The translations under genes and the position numbers were made by a program. From Chthoniobacteraceae bacterium (lineage in GTDB: Bacteria; Verrucomicrobiota; Verrucomicrobiia; Chthoniobacterales; Chthoniobacteraceae), in NCBI GenBank assembly GCA_031409655.1, contig JANNXQ010000147.1, positions 1 to 48,604 of the forward strand: 48,604 nt of DNA, written 5' to 3'. Below, one piece after another: positions 47,143 through 48,604 of this stretch (position 1 is the first letter of the stretch; each line of letters starts with the position of its first letter). Under the pieces are notes generated by a model. That model was not told where the DNA came from. It saw only the letters and a program-made list of their open reading frames with translations, and did no database searches.

Positions 47143-48604
47143 TTACTTCCGGTAGTCCGCGCCGGTGAGGCTTTGCAGCACGGACTGCTGCCATGCACGG
47201 AGTTCGGCTTGCAGCTTCCCGGCGATGGCGGGCTGCTCCTGCACGAGATTAGTTTTTTCGGCGGGATCGGTCTGGAGATCGAAGAGTTCGTGTTTGGGAG
47301 CGCCGCTCGCTGGCTCGTGGATCACGAGCTTGAAGTGGCCGTCGATGATGGCGCGGGGGCCGAGGTAGTCGGCGGCGGTGATCGCGGGGTGGTGGTAGTT
47401 GGTGAAGTCGCGCGTGGCTTTGCCACCCATCTTCTTGGCAAGCGGCGTGGTGCCTTGTTGTAACTCAGGAGCGATCCACGGTTCGAGCTTCGCGCCTTTC
47501 AGTTTTTGGGAGTTGTAGGCCCAGAAGTAGAGGGGATTGGAGCGCTCGGTCATCTGGCCATCGAGCAGCGGGCTGAGGTCAATGCCGTCGAGCGGGCGCG
47601 CCGGCAGTGGCTGGCCGGTGATGGCGCAGAGCGTGGGCAGGAGATCGCTGGTGCTGGCACGGACGGTCGTGCGGCGTGGCTGCGGGATGCGCGCGGGCCA
47701 TTCGATGAGACCGGGGACGAGCGTCCCGCCCTCATAGACCTGGCCTTTCACCCCACGATGTGGAAAACCGAGCGCGGCGTCGGGCGAGGTGCCGTTGTCG
47801 CCGCAGTAGAAGAGCAGCGTGTTCTCGCGCAGGCCGGAAGCGGCGAGGTGTTTCCTCAAGGTTCCGATGGCGCGATCCATGGCGGTGATTTCGGCGTAAC
47901 GCTCGCGCAGGACTTCGCCTTGGGGGCGCTTGGTAGGGCCGCCGGTTTCGTTCGAGGTCAGGCCGACGATTTTCTCCGAGTATTTCGCGGGAAGATCATC
48001 GTAGAGCGCGAGGTCTGCGGGAAGTCCGCTGTAGGGCTCATGCGGCGAGCCGAACCACACGACGGTGAAGAAGGGTTTGCCGGATTTCTGCGCGCGGTCG
48101 ATGAAGCGAATCGTCTCCGCAATGAGGATCGCCGAGCTTTCGCCCTGAAAGACTGCGGGCGGACCACCATTGCGCGAGAGCGAGGGATTCAACTCGAAAA
48201 AATTGTCGTGCGAAAGCCACTCGTGGAAGCCCATCGCGCCGGGACACACCGGCGATTCCTTCTTCACCGCGCCGACATGCCACTTGCCGAAGTGTCCGCA
48301 TTGGTAGCCAGCCTTACTAAGCAGATGCGCGCTGGTGATTTCCTCAGGCCGAAAGGACCACCCAGGCGCGAAGGTGCCCATGCGGTTCGGATGGCGTCCG
48401 GTGAGAAAGCTCGCACGCGTCGGCGAGCAACTCGGATGCGCGGCGTAGAAGCGATCCAGCCGCAGCCCAGTGGCCGCGATCTCATCGAGCACCGGCGTCT
48501 GGACGTGCGGATGCCCGTGGTAGCCGGTCTCCTCCCAGCCGTGATCGTCACCCATCATCAGGATGATATTCGGCGGAGCGCCTGCGGCCAATGAGGACGC
48601 GGCA
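47143..48604 (-). CDS. Formylglycine-dependent sulfatase (5'-truncated by window)
   Basis: PNIILMMGDD, CSPTRASFLTGR, GKWH, PHEP, DNG, KGQVYEGG, ELFDL..DPAE. Confidence 0.95.
   Translation of the reverse strand, partial: AASSLAAGAPPNIILMMGDDHGWEETGYHGHPHVQTPVLDEIAATGLRLDRFYAAHPSCSPTRASFLTGRHPNRMGTFAPGWSFRPEEITSAHLLSKAGYQCGHFGKWHVGAVKKESPVCPGAMGFHEWLSHDNFFELNPSLSRNGGPPAVFQGESSAILIAETIRFIDRAQKSGKPFFTVVWFGSPHEPYSGLPADLALYDDLPAKYSEKIVGLTSNETGGPTKRPQGEVLRERYAEITAMDRAIGTLRKHLAASGLRENTLLFYCGDNGTSPDAALGFPHRGVKGQVYEGGTLVPGLIEWPARIPQPRRTTVRASTSDLLPTLCAITGQPLPARPLDGIDLSPLLDGQMTERSNPLYFWAYNSQKLKGAKLEPWIAPELQQGTTPLAKKMGGKATRDFTNYHHPAITAADYLGPRAIIDGHFKLVIHEPASGAPKHELFDLQTDPAEKTNLVQEQPAIAGKLQAELRAWQQSVLQSLTGADYRK

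Overview
GC-rich (about 65-68% in core genes) bacterial chromosome segment, most likely Verrucomicrobiota (Chthoniobacterales-like); this is inferred from protein types (IExLExRIAPA-leader giant proteins, DPDxDG...FxRLxV C-terminal domains, DUF1080, sulfatase, PQQ-like propeller). About 38 CDS: housekeeping and envelope genes (ligA, D,D-carboxypeptidase, L,D-transpeptidase, tatA, xth, glnB, rlmN-like, class B PBP, folB, DciA/DUF721, panB-like), several large secreted proteins, and a lower-GC patch at about 26.3-31.4 kb. I saw no rRNA, tRNA, CRISPR array, transposase or integrase. The most interesting signals are: (1) a divergent cassette of two Zn-ribbon proteins opposite a FlhG-like ATPase, an ExeA-like ATPase and a small Pro-rich ORF, with a perfect 14-bp palindrome between the two arms; (2) an ECF sigma / putative anti-sigma / HtrA-like operon whose protease has lost all three catalytic residues; (3) a PQQ-type beta-propeller interrupted by an 8-TM domain; (4) two candidate export signals, each shared by two proteins in the window (an N-terminal IExLExRIAPA leader and a roughly 125-aa C-terminal domain); (5) a TMTC-like glycosyltransferase next to a giant Gly/Ser/Thr-rich surface protein; (6) several small palindromic elements (7-mer and 9-mer periodic, and REP-like) that appear to have entered coding sequence. 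All family calls come from motif recognition by eye; no database searches were run.
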